The position numbers and the translations under genes are program-made. Below, piece by piece: positions 41,579 to 49,303 of a stretch of DNA of 64,000 nt. Every line of letters starts with the position of its first letter. Within the stretch, counting starts at the first letter, position 1. The notes below the pieces were generated by a model, which was given only the letters and a program-made list of their open reading frames with translations, made no database searches and was not told the DNA's origin. Source of the stretch: an uncultured Candidatus Saccharibacteria bacterium (GTDB lineage: Bacteria > Patescibacteriota > Saccharimonadia > Saccharimonadales > CAIOMD01); assembly GCA_903859365.1 (NCBI GenBank), contig CAIOMD010000007.1, forward strand, positions 64,477 to 128,476. The letters run 5' to 3'.

Positions 41579-42763
41579 ATGGCAGAAACATTTGATCGCA
41601 GCAAACCCCACGTGAACGTAGGAACTATGGGTCACGTTGACCATGGTAAAACTTCACTTACTGCTGCAATAACTATGACATTAGCAAAGCGCTTACCAAG
41701 TGCTGTTAACAAAGCTGTTAATTATGACCAAATTGACAATGCACCTGAAGAAAAAGCCCGTGGTATAACCATTGCTACTTCTCACCAGGAATATGAAAGC
41801 GAAAAGCGTCACTACGCTCACGTTGACATGCCAGGTCACGCAGACTATGTAAAGAACATGATTACTGGAGCAGCTCAAATTGACGGCGCTATCCTAGTAG
41901 TATCTGCAGCTGATGGTCCTATGCCTCAGACTCGCGAACACGTGCTTCTTGCTAAGCAAGTTGGTGTTCCAAAGATTCTTGTTTTCCTAAACAAGATGGA
42001 CCTTGCAGATCCTGAGCTAGTAGAACTTGTAGAAATGGACGTTCGTGAACTACTTGCTAAGTACGATTACGATGAAAACTGCCCAATCATTAAGGGTTCA
42101 GCAACTAAAGCTATCGAAGGTGATAAAGAAGCTGAAGACGCTATCATGGAACTCGTTGCTGCAATGGATGATTTCATTCCAGAACCAAAGAGAGACCTCG
42201 ACAAGCCTTTCCTTATGCCTATTGAAGACGTATTTAGTATCAAGGGTCGTGGTACCGTTGCTACAGGACGTGTTGAAACTGGAATCGTAAAGGTTAACGA
42301 AGAAGTTGAAATCGTTGGTCTTAGTGACACACGTAAAGTTGTCGTAACTGGTGTTGAAATGTTCAAGAAACAACTTGATCAAGGACAAGCTGGAGACAAC
42401 GTTGGAATCTTGCTTCGTGGTGTAGAGCGTGATGATATTGAACGCGGTCAAGTGCTTGCTAAGCCTGGTTCTATCACTCCTCATACTGAGTTTGATGCCG
42501 AAGTGTATATCCTTACTAAAGAAGAAGGTGGTCGACACACTCCTTTCTTCAAGGGATACAAGCCTCAGTTCTACTTCCGTACTACGGACGTAACTGGTGA
42601 AGTTGAACTTCCAGCAGATAAAGAAATGGTTATGCCTGGTGACACAATCACATTCAAGGTAACCCTTCTTAATCCAATTGCTATGGAACAAGGTCTACGT
42701 TTTGCTATCCGTGAAGGTGGCCGAACTGTAGGTGCTGGTGTTGTAACTAAGATTACTAAATAA
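41579..42763 (+). CDS. tuf: elongation factor Tu
   Basis: [22 protein letters not shown]. 394 aa. Confidence 0.98.
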   Translation: MAETFDRSKPHVNVGTMGHVDHGKTSLTAAITMTLAKRLPSAVNKAVNYDQIDNAPEEKARGITIATSHQEYESEKRHYAHVDMPGHADYVKNMITGAAQIDGAILVVSAADGPMPQTREHVLLAKQVGVPKILVFLNKMDLADPELVELVEMDVRELLAKYDYDENCPIIKGSATKAIEGDKEAEDAIMELVAAMDDFIPEPKRDLDKPFLMPIEDVFSIKGRGTVATGRVETGIVKVNEEVEIVGLSDTRKVVVTGVEMFKKQLDQGQAGDNVGILLRGVERDDIERGQVLAKPGSITPHTEFDAEVYILTKEEGGRHTPFFKGYKPQFYFRTTDVTGEVELPADKEMVMPGDTITFKVTLLNPIAMEQGLRFAIREGGRTVGAGVVTKITK

Positions 42764-42781
42764 TCTGATTACACCTAAATA

Positions 42782-42816
42782 AAGAAGCTGGCCTTAAAAC
42801 ACCAGCTTCTTTTTTA
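42782..42816 (+). terminator. intrinsic terminator after tuf
   Basis: 10-bp stem AAGAAGCTGG / CCAGCTTCTT followed by TTTTTT. Confidence 0.8.
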
Positions 42817-42818
42817 AT

Positions 42819-42847
42819 TTGAATAAACAAGCTATAACAGGTATAAT
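42819..42847 (+). promoter_or_regulatory. near-consensus promoter dedicated to rpsJ
   Basis: TTGAAT (42819-42824), a 17-nt spacer, TATAAT (42842-42847). A roughly 90-nt leader follows, then AGGAG and the ATG. Confidence 0.6.
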
Positions 42848-42941
42848 GAAACTTGTAAAATAATTGTAATGACAACTCATCCAGATGTGCACCTTTGGTC
42901 ACAAATCGAGAAGAGGTTACATTACGCACTAGGAGCGCAAT

Positions 42942-43268
42942 ATGGCAACAGCCGAACAACCAAAGCAACAACGAATTCGTATTCGTTTAAAAGCATATGA
43001 TCATAAAGTTATTGATCAGTCAGCAAAGCAAATCGTAGATACTGCGCTACGTACCGGAGCAACAATTGCCGGGCCAATCCCACTTCCAACACGAAAAACA
43101 GTGTATACAGTGGTTAAAAGCCCTCACGTCTACAAAAAAGGACGTGAACAATTTGAAATGAGAGTGCACAAGCGTCTTATTGATATTTCAAACCCAACCC
43201 CTAAGACAATCGATAGTTTAATGAATTTATCTTTGCCAGCTGGTTGTGACGCTGAAATTAAGATGTAA
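42942..43268 (+). CDS. rpsJ: 30S ribosomal protein S10
   Basis: [26 protein letters not shown]...HKRLIDI. Confidence 0.97.
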   Translation: MATAEQPKQQRIRIRLKAYDHKVIDQSAKQIVDTALRTGATIAGPIPLPTRKTVYTVVKSPHVYKKGREQFEMRVHKRLIDISNPTPKTIDSLMNLSLPAGCDAEIKM

Positions 43269-43289
43269 AGAGAATTTTCTTAAAAAAAT

Positions 43290-43317
43290 ACACCCCTGAA
43301 ATATGGGGTGTTTTTTT
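43290..43317. terminator. bidirectional intrinsic terminator immediately after rpsJ
   Basis: ACACCCC-tgaaatat-GGGGTGT, with an A7 run upstream and a T7 run downstream. Confidence 0.8.
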
Positions 43318-43329
43318 ATTGCAAAGATA

Positions 43330-43670
43330 AGGGGAGAGTTCAAGGGCGTGTTACTGCCCAAGAACTCTCCCAGGTGAATGTGAGTGATGCGGGTGGTGAA
43401 ATTTAGGTAAGTGGTACGAATACCAAGTGCTCAAAATCTATCCAACCTGGATCATGGCCTGTGTCCTTGAGGACACGCTTTCGGAATTGCATCGCAACAT
43501 TCTGGCGATAATTCACGCTACCAGCTCTTGCTTTTGCGTAGGTGTTGTCGTTCAGCCGAAGCCGTTCAACTACCCAACCACGCACATGCGAGACCCGGTA
43601 AATGGTGCTGGGGCCTCGAGCCAACCAGACCACCCCCTTCGGGTAAAATGCTCTAACAACTTGTCAGAGC
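43330..43670 (-). ncRNA. candidate structured non-coding RNA of unknown class (orphan transcription unit; contains the 76-aa track ORF 43403..43633)
   Basis: It has its own promoter (43677-43705) and ends in a long hairpin (43332-43371). Hand counts give about 50-60% G+C per 60-nt line, against about 28% in the adjacent line. Many local helices are present, including two UUCG tetraloops. G-U pairs make the fold specific to the minus strand. Boundaries are approximate. Confidence 0.45.
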
Positions 43671-43676
43671 GATACT

Positions 43677-43705
43677 ACTATACAATAATAGATTAGAATA
43701 ATCAA
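43677..43705 (-). promoter_or_regulatory. candidate promoter of the orphan RNA unit
   Basis: On the minus strand: TTGATT (43705-43700), a 17-nt spacer, TATAGT (43682-43677). Confidence 0.5.
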
Positions 43706-43710
43706 TAAGC

Positions 43711-43750
43711 AAAAAGCCCTACAAAACTGTTAACACAGTGAAGTAGAGCT
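43711..43750 (-). terminator. intrinsic terminator of the 192-aa gene
   Basis: Minus strand AGCUCUAC...GUAGGGCU (8 bp with one U-G), an inner ACUGU/ACAGU helix, then UUUUU. It starts 6 nt after the TAG stop. Confidence 0.7.
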
Positions 43751-43755
43751 TTATG

Positions 43756-44334
43756 CTAGCGCCTTTTTGGAAGGGCACAATCAAAACTATAGGCTGTTCT
43801 GCCTAATTCTTTTTCATAGGGACGGGGCAGCACGGTAATTCGAACTGCACTGTGACCAATTCTAAAGAATCGATGAAACTTTCTCGCAACTGTGTCTTTT
43901 TGAGGTACATGCCTCGGAACTGTTGATTTTGCACTGAATGCTTTTCCGTCGATGAGACGATGCAAGCGATTATACAGTACGTGAGAATTTGTTTCGTAGT
44001 TGATTGCGCCACGGCCATCTCGTCGCCACTGGATTTCCAGGTAGGGCATCTTAAATGTGTCGCTCTTATCTTTGATAAGATCATACTTGTGATCAATCGC
44101 ATAGGCGAAAATGAGCGAAATTATGATGTCCTCAACTTCATTCAACTCATTAATTGTAGCCGTGTATCGCGCTGCGATCGCCGGATTAAGGCTGGCCATT
44201 ACTGATTCAAATGAAGCTTTCCTGCTTCTTACTCTGTTAAGAGTTCTTCCAAGTTTATTCAGATCTGCTTTTGATCTGGGTATTACTATCCCCAGCTTTA
44301 GTTTGCTGGTTCGATTCCTCGGCCGTTCGGCCAT
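43756..44334 (-). CDS. hypothetical basic protein, family not recognised (orphan)
   Basis: 192-aa ORF. A consensus AAGGAGG sits 8 nt upstream of the ATG. It has its own promoter and terminator. Arg/Lys-rich N-terminus (MAERPRNRTSKLKLG...NRVRSRK). Confidence 0.7.
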   Translation of the reverse strand: MAERPRNRTSKLKLGIVIPRSKADLNKLGRTLNRVRSRKASFESVMASLNPAIAARYTATINELNEVEDIIISLIFAYAIDHKYDLIKDKSDTFKMPYLEIQWRRDGRGAINYETNSHVLYNRLHRLIDGKAFSAKSTVPRHVPQKDTVARKFHRFFRIGHSAVRITVLPRPYEKELGRTAYSFDCALPKRR

Positions 44335-44378
44335 AGAATATACCTCCTTGTAGTGGGACTAGTAGGACTAGCAGTATT

Positions 44379-44407
44379 ATTTTATAACAATAATATACTT
44401 AAGTCAA
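44379..44407 (-). promoter_or_regulatory. candidate promoter of the 192-aa gene
   Basis: Minus strand TTGACT (44407-44402), a 17-nt spacer, TAAAAT (44384-44379). The short 5' UTR carries a tandem CTAGTCC-TA-CTAGTCC repeat (44356-44371). Confidence 0.5.
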
Positions 44408-44479
44408 TTAAACATAAGAATTTTTTTTGTGATATACTGCGTGAGCAATTATTTAATTGCCGAGAAGAACTCTTCAAAT

Positions 44480-44504
44480 AAAGCCCCTTCGGGCTTTATT
44501 TTTT
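44480..44504. terminator. terminator hairpin overlapping the stop codon of the MprF-like gene
   Basis: AAAGCCC-cttc-GGGCTTT with a T-run on the + side. It overlaps the TAA stop on the minus strand. Confidence 0.55.
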
Positions 44505-46124
44505 ACCTTTAAAACTAAGTAATGCATTAAGTCCTAGTACGATCTGCGGTAGTGAAGCAGGGGTGCCCCTGTACAGAATATATCTCGGTTCCCACGAAGG
44601 TTCAAACTTGTTTTTAAACTGTTCTAGACCTTCAAATGAATAGTACCTTCTTCCTAGTTTCTTAATCACGATCAACAACTTATCAGATAAACCTGATGCA
44701 TTTTCATCTAACTTAGATAAAGGTGCTAGACCCAAATTTAAAGTAGCAAAATTATGTCTTCGCAGTTCCTCGATAGTTTTAAGAAAAAGATAATGCATGG
44801 AAATGCTAGGAATGTTTTTTCTAAAGCGCATTAAATCTACACTAGCATGCAGATCATCAAAAGTGGGTATCATATTTACAAATGCTATAGGCTCCTGTTC
44901 TTTGTATAGTACTGAAACATTACAATCACTTATATAGCTGCCATTGAAATATCCCATTACAAATTCGTACTCTCGTCGATCATTGTTTAGCCATTCGTTT
45001 GATATACTTTTTAATTTCGCAATCCTATCAATTGAGAGAGGAGCTTGCCAGAATTCAACACTCAGCTTTTCAGTAGTTGCCTTATTTTTTACATATCTAA
45101 AGTGTTTGTTATTTTCGATAGATTCGAAGTGCGCTATATCTACCCGTGCTTCAGAGCCAATATATAGTTTCTGTACGTTTAGTATTTCCCATCCTTTTGC
45201 TTCTATTTCATCAGCATGCAGCACAACGAACTCCCATCCATTTGAGTAACATTCTTCGCTAAAAGCTTGGCGTAAATCTGTAAATAGAGATTGATCTCCC
45301 GTACAGCCATCGAGAATATATGCAATTCCATTCTTGAGTCCATAACAAATGAAGGAGTTGCCATAAAAGAAAAAGTGCTTATTACGTGTTGGCCATATTT
45401 TGAAATAATCTTCACTTGAAGCTGAATATTTTTCCAGAATCTTGTAAGCTTGAGAGAATTGAAAACTTGGAGCCGCCATTCTTAATTTTCGTGGCCTAAA
45501 CATAGCAAATAACAGAGCAGCAATGGCGAAAAGCAAACTAACGCGCATAAGATTAATTAGGAAATGTGCTTTAGGCGATTCATATAAATTTTGAGGAATG
45601 GGTTTACCGAGAATTGCATTCCACGTTAGGTGTATGTCTTCTGAGGTCGTAATGTGCACACCGAATTCTTTGTTATCTATAATAACGAAGGACAGCGCTG
45701 TAATTAGCAGAAGAACACTTACTACAACAATAGTGGTTGAAAATATTTTGCTGGCACTCCTATAATCACTTCTCACTAAATATTGTTTTTTGGACTGCAG
45801 CAGCAAAATTAAAATACCAATATATAAGAGTAATGGAACATGGTAACTTCGATGGAGTAAATCAAAAATAATGAGAAGAGACATTCCGCACACCGCTAAA
45901 ATATATGCAGTTCTTTTTCGATTGAATAATTGAGCAGATATGTAAAGAAGTATGATGCCTATAAAGATTCCTAATACCCGAGATATTGAGTCTGGATCAT
46001 ACGGGAGATATTGTTCAATTTTTGTCGGTACGATACTCAGAGGTGCGCTAATAAGCGCAATTACTCCCGCAAATCGAACCAGCCACGCACTGATATTTAT
46101 GGTATTTATTTTTCTTACGTTCAT
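44496..46124 (-). CDS. MprF-like membrane protein with aminoacyl-phosphatidylglycerol synthase C-terminal (DUF2156) domain
   Basis: The N-terminal ~210 aa hold several TM helices. The C-terminal ~320 aa resemble the lysyl-PG synthase domain (LEKYSASSEDYF...FFFYGNSFICYG...IAYILDGCTGD, ...FRYVKNKATTEKLSVEF, ...YYSFEGLEQFKNKFEPSWEPRY). Confidence 0.7.
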   Translation of the reverse strand: MNVRKINTINISAWLVRFAGVIALISAPLSIVPTKIEQYLPYDPDSISRVLGIFIGIILLYISAQLFNRKRTAYILAVCGMSLLIIFDLLHRSYHVPLLLYIGILILLLQSKKQYLVRSDYRSASKIFSTTIVVVSVLLLITALSFVIIDNKEFGVHITTSEDIHLTWNAILGKPIPQNLYESPKAHFLINLMRVSLLFAIAALLFAMFRPRKLRMAAPSFQFSQAYKILEKYSASSEDYFKIWPTRNKHFFFYGNSFICYGLKNGIAYILDGCTGDQSLFTDLRQAFSEECYSNGWEFVVLHADEIEAKGWEILNVQKLYIGSEARVDIAHFESIENNKHFRYVKNKATTEKLSVEFWQAPLSIDRIAKLKSISNEWLNNDRREYEFVMGYFNGSYISDCNVSVLYKEQEPIAFVNMIPTFDDLHASVDLMRFRKNIPSISMHYLFLKTIEELRRHNFATLNLGLAPLSKLDENASGLSDKLLIVIKKLGRRYYSFEGLEQFKNKFEPSWEPRYILYRGTPASLPQIVLGLNALLSFKGKK

Positions 46125-46273
46125 TATCTATAAGTATAGATGAGTTGGCTTAAACTTTACAATTAAAGCTTGCATTAGTTTAGATTTGTTTCATACTAAA
46201 ATAAAACACGTTCAAATTGTTTGAACTTAAAAACACATAACTAAAATAATTGGGGTAACAAGGGGTACAGCGT

Positions 46274-47857
46274 ATGTCGACTAAATATATTTTTGTAACT
46301 GGTGGAGTTTTAAGCGGGGTCGGAAAAGGAATAACAGCTGCCAGTATAGGTGCACTTCTTAAAGCTCGTGGCTATAAAGTAAATATACAAAAATGCGATC
46401 CTTATTTTAATTTTGACGCTGGAACACTCAATCCTGCTGAGCATGGTGAAGTGTTCGTAACAAAGGATGGCGCAGAAACAGATCTCGACCTTGGGCACTA
46501 TGAAAGATTTCTTGACATAGAGCTTACACAGTCCAGCTCTACCATGAGTGGTCGTATATTTAGGCAGGTTATCGAAGATGAGAGAGCTGGTAAATATTTA
46601 GGTAAAACAGTGCAAATTATCCCTCATGTAACCAACGCGATGCAGGAAGCAATTGCCGAGGCCGGCAGAGGTTTCGACGTACATATAGTAGAAGTAGGTG
46701 GCACAGTTGGAGATTATGAAAGTACCGCATTCATTGAAGCAATTAGGCAATTTCGGCACCACGTTGGCGCTAAAAATACACTTTCAGTCCACGTAGTTTT
46801 TCTCCCTTATTTGACAGCTTCTGCTGAAGTTAAATCTAAACCAGCTCAAAATGCAGTGAGAGATTTAAGAGAAGCAGGGATTCAGCCGGATATTTTAATA
46901 GCCAGAACTGATCATGCTATACCAGAGGGAGTTTTGAGTAAATTAAGTCTTTTTAGTGATGTAGCTCGTGAAGCAGTTATTCCACTCGCCACTGTTAAAA
47001 CAGTCTATAGTGTTCCATCGCTTCTAGAATCAGCAGGTGTGGGTAAAATTATCGCTGAACACTTCGGATTTAATAAAAAGAAACCAAATTTGAAAAATTG
47101 GCAAGACCTTGAGCGACGAGTGCTTTCCAAAGACTATAAAACCGTAAAAATTGGTTTGATTGCCAAATACCTTGATCATCAAGATACATACGCTTCGGTG
47201 ATCGAAGCTATTAAGGCTGCTTGTTGGTCTGAGGATAAAAAAGCAGAAATTAAATGGATTGATGCCGAAGCACTAACGTTTAAAAATGTTGCATCGAAAT
47301 TAAAAGGTCTTGAGGGCATTGTTGTACCCGGCGGTTTTGGTTCAAGAGGGGTTGAAGGAAAAATTGTTGCAGCAACCTATGCCTATAAGCGAGATATCCC
47401 TTATTTAGGTTTATGTTTAGGTATGCAAGTCGCCTGCATTGCAGTCGCGCGGATTGCTGGTCTTCATGACGCTAACTCAACTGAATTTGACCCAAAGACT
47501 GCTCACCCAGTAATTGGGTTAATGGATGACCAAAAGACACTTACTGTTATTGGGGGTACTATGCGACTCGGTAATTATGAATGTCTACTCGAGAAAAAAT
47601 CCAAAGCAGCAAAGCTTTACGGAACAACCAAAATTGAAGAGCGCCATCGACACCGCTTTGAATTTTCTAATGAGTATGAAGATATTATGGAGGCACAGGG
47701 GCTTTTCATAGTCGGCAGGAACCCTCTAACTGGTCTTGCTGAAGTTGTAGAAGCACCAGCTAAAAAATACTTTCTTGCTAGTCAATACCATCCTGAATTT
47801 ACTTCTCGTCCAATGCGTCCGAATCCACTATTTTTAGGACTTATTCAATCAATTTAG
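46274..47857 (+). CDS. pyrG: CTP synthase
   Basis: FVTGGVLSGVGKGITAAS N-terminus, GATase domain with the GLCLGMQ nucleophile and HRHRFE. Confidence 0.96.
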   Translation: MSTKYIFVTGGVLSGVGKGITAASIGALLKARGYKVNIQKCDPYFNFDAGTLNPAEHGEVFVTKDGAETDLDLGHYERFLDIELTQSSSTMSGRIFRQVIEDERAGKYLGKTVQIIPHVTNAMQEAIAEAGRGFDVHIVEVGGTVGDYESTAFIEAIRQFRHHVGAKNTLSVHVVFLPYLTASAEVKSKPAQNAVRDLREAGIQPDILIARTDHAIPEGVLSKLSLFSDVAREAVIPLATVKTVYSVPSLLESAGVGKIIAEHFGFNKKKPNLKNWQDLERRVLSKDYKTVKIGLIAKYLDHQDTYASVIEAIKAACWSEDKKAEIKWIDAEALTFKNVASKLKGLEGIVVPGGFGSRGVEGKIVAATYAYKRDIPYLGLCLGMQVACIAVARIAGLHDANSTEFDPKTAHPVIGLMDDQKTLTVIGGTMRLGNYECLLEKKSKAAKLYGTTKIEERHRHRFEFSNEYEDIMEAQGLFIVGRNPLTGLAEVVEAPAKKYFLASQYHPEFTSRPMRPNPLFLGLIQSI

Positions 47858-47886
47858 CTGTCTCTATTGTTTCATCATATTGTCCC

Positions 47887-47915
47887 TTGACGTAACAGGG
47901 ATAATTTGTTAAAAT
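47887..47915 (+). promoter_or_regulatory. candidate promoter for the rplC-led ribosomal protein operon
   Basis: TTGACG (47887-47892), a 17-nt spacer, TAAAAT (47910-47915). Confidence 0.55.
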
Positions 47916-47921
47916 TCTTTG

Positions 47922-48056
47922 GTATATCAAGATTTTTGTTCCTTGGTGAGTCGGTAAGTCTTTAAAGATACTGCCGTTCCACCAAGCATTTTTATGCTCT
48001 GAAGGGCGCGTCGAACGCCCCTGGTATGGGAACACCTAAATAAAGAACGGAGAACT
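47922..48056 (+). promoter_or_regulatory. structured 5' leader of rplC (possible r-protein feedback site)
   Basis: Helices CTTGGTG (47942-48)/CACCAAG (47980-86), an overlapping AGCAT/ATGCT (47985-98), and GGGCG-cgtcgaa-CGCCC (48004-20). GGAG RBS at 48049-52. Confidence 0.4.
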
Positions 48057-48668
48057 ATGAAAGCTCTCATTACGAGGAAAGTTGGCATGACGAGTATCAT
48101 CTCTGAAGATGGTGCCCTCACTCCTGTCACTTTGCTTTCCGCTAGTCCCTGTGTTGTTACACAGGTCAAAACAGCAGAAAACGATGGTTATACTGCGGTA
48201 CAACTCGGTTTTGAAGAAGGTAAGCACACTGCTAAGCCTCAAGTTGGACATTTCAAAAAGTCTGGCGCAAATCCAAAGATTGTACGTGAATTTAGGGTCA
48301 CTGAAATTGAAGAAGATGTAAAAACAGGAGCTACTTTTGCTGCTGACGTTTTTGAAGTTGGTGACACCGTTCATGTAACCGGAACAAGTAAAGGTAAAGG
48401 CTTTGCCGGAACCATTAAGCGACACAATTTCAAAAGAGGTCGTAAGACACATGGTGGCCGAAGCTATCGACGCCCAGGTTCAATTGGATCTATGTTCCCT
48501 CAAAAAGTTTTCAAAGGTATGAAAATGGCAGGACAAATGGGTAACGAACAGGTTACTGTTCAAAACTTGCGTGTTGCTTTAGTCGACCTTGAAAACCAAC
48601 TAATCGGTCTTGTTGGCGCCGTACCTGGCCCACGTAAAGGTATTATCCTTGTGAAAGGAGCAAAATAA
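48057..48668 (+). CDS. rplC: 50S ribosomal protein L3
   Basis: MKALITRKVGMTSI...GKGFAGTIKRHNF. Confidence 0.97.
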   Translation: MKALITRKVGMTSIISEDGALTPVTLLSASPCVVTQVKTAENDGYTAVQLGFEEGKHTAKPQVGHFKKSGANPKIVREFRVTEIEEDVKTGATFAADVFEVGDTVHVTGTSKGKGFAGTIKRHNFKRGRKTHGGRSYRRPGSIGSMFPQKVFKGMKMAGQMGNEQVTVQNLRVALVDLENQLIGLVGAVPGPRKGIILVKGAK

Positions 48669-49303
48669 TGGCTACTCCAACGTTTACAGCAACTGGCACT
48701 AAAGCTACTACAGCCGTGTCACTACCAAAATCAGTATTCTCTATTGAAGTAACATCACACCAGCTTCTTAAGGATGCATATCTTGCTCACCGAGCAAATA
48801 CACGCCCAAACTTAGCAAAAACTCTTAAAAGAGGTGAAGTAAGTGGCGGTGGTAAAAAACCATGGCAGCAAAAAGGCACAGGACGTGCCCGAGTCGGTTC
48901 TTCAAGAAGCCCAATCTGGCGTAAGGGTGGAGTTATCTTTGGGCCATCTGGCAACGAGAACTACAGCCGAAAGATTAATGTTAAGGCTAAGCGCCTTGCT
49001 ATTACTCAAGCGTTAACGCTTGCTAGTGAAGCCAAGAAAGTGATCATCATTGATGACTTTAAGACTACTGGCAAAGTGAGTGATACAGCTAAATTTATGA
49101 ATAAGATTGGTGCAGATCGAAATGTACTACTCGTAGTTACTGAACTAACTGATCTCGTCAAGCGATCAACAAATAACCTGCCCTACGTTGCAGCAGTACA
49201 GGCAACTCGCCTTAATGTCTGTGACATTCTTGATGCAGGGGTTATTGTTGTAACTAAAGATTCACTAAGCGCTATCGAAAAATGGCTTGGAGGTACAAAA
49301 TAA
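48668..49303 (+). CDS. rplD: 50S ribosomal protein L4
   Basis: GGGKKPWQQKGTGRARVGSSRSPIWRKGGVIFGP. Confidence 0.97.
   Translation: MATPTFTATGTKATTAVSLPKSVFSIEVTSHQLLKDAYLAHRANTRPNLAKTLKRGEVSGGGKKPWQQKGTGRARVGSSRSPIWRKGGVIFGPSGNENYSRKINVKAKRLAITQALTLASEAKKVIIIDDFKTTGKVSDTAKFMNKIGADRNVLLVVTELTDLVKRSTNNLPYVAAVQATRLNVCDILDAGVIVVTKDSLSAIEKWLGGTK

Noticed and set aside
43403-43633. The 76-aa ORF from the track, considered as a protein-coding gene (a faint RelE/ParE-like IYRV...VVERL pattern).
   Set aside because: The GTG start is buried in a G-run with no properly spaced SD, and codon composition is unlike neighbouring genes. The ORF coincides with dense RNA secondary structure, and no family is recognisable. 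It is not excluded, but it is not called as a CDS.
43391-43637. Calling the G+C-rich element a bona fide tmRNA (ssrA). The cues were the GGGG...UCUGG...CGA.GG 5' string and an NDNTYA-coding string resembling the E. coli tag.
   Set aside because: I find no T-arm (GGUUCGAnnCC-like), no G3-U70 acceptor pair, and no encoded or positionable CCA. There is no in-frame stop near the tag-like codons; that frame runs on for about 50 codons. There is no evidence for a permuted two-piece layout. It is kept only as a hypothesis inside finding 1.
48001-48025. A T-arm-like hairpin on the minus strand (GGGCG-UUCGACG-CGCCC), suggesting a tRNA antisense to the rplC leader.
   Set aside because: No acceptor, D or anticodon arms can be built from the flanking sequence. 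The 7 nt after the hairpin have no complementary 5' partner.
43269-48056. Interpreting the rpsJ-rplC insertion as a mobile genomic island or defence island.
   Set aside because: No integrase, transposase, recombinase, tRNA/tmRNA attachment duplication or flanking direct repeats could be found by eye. pyrG is a housekeeping gene. No recognisable defence-system domains are present.
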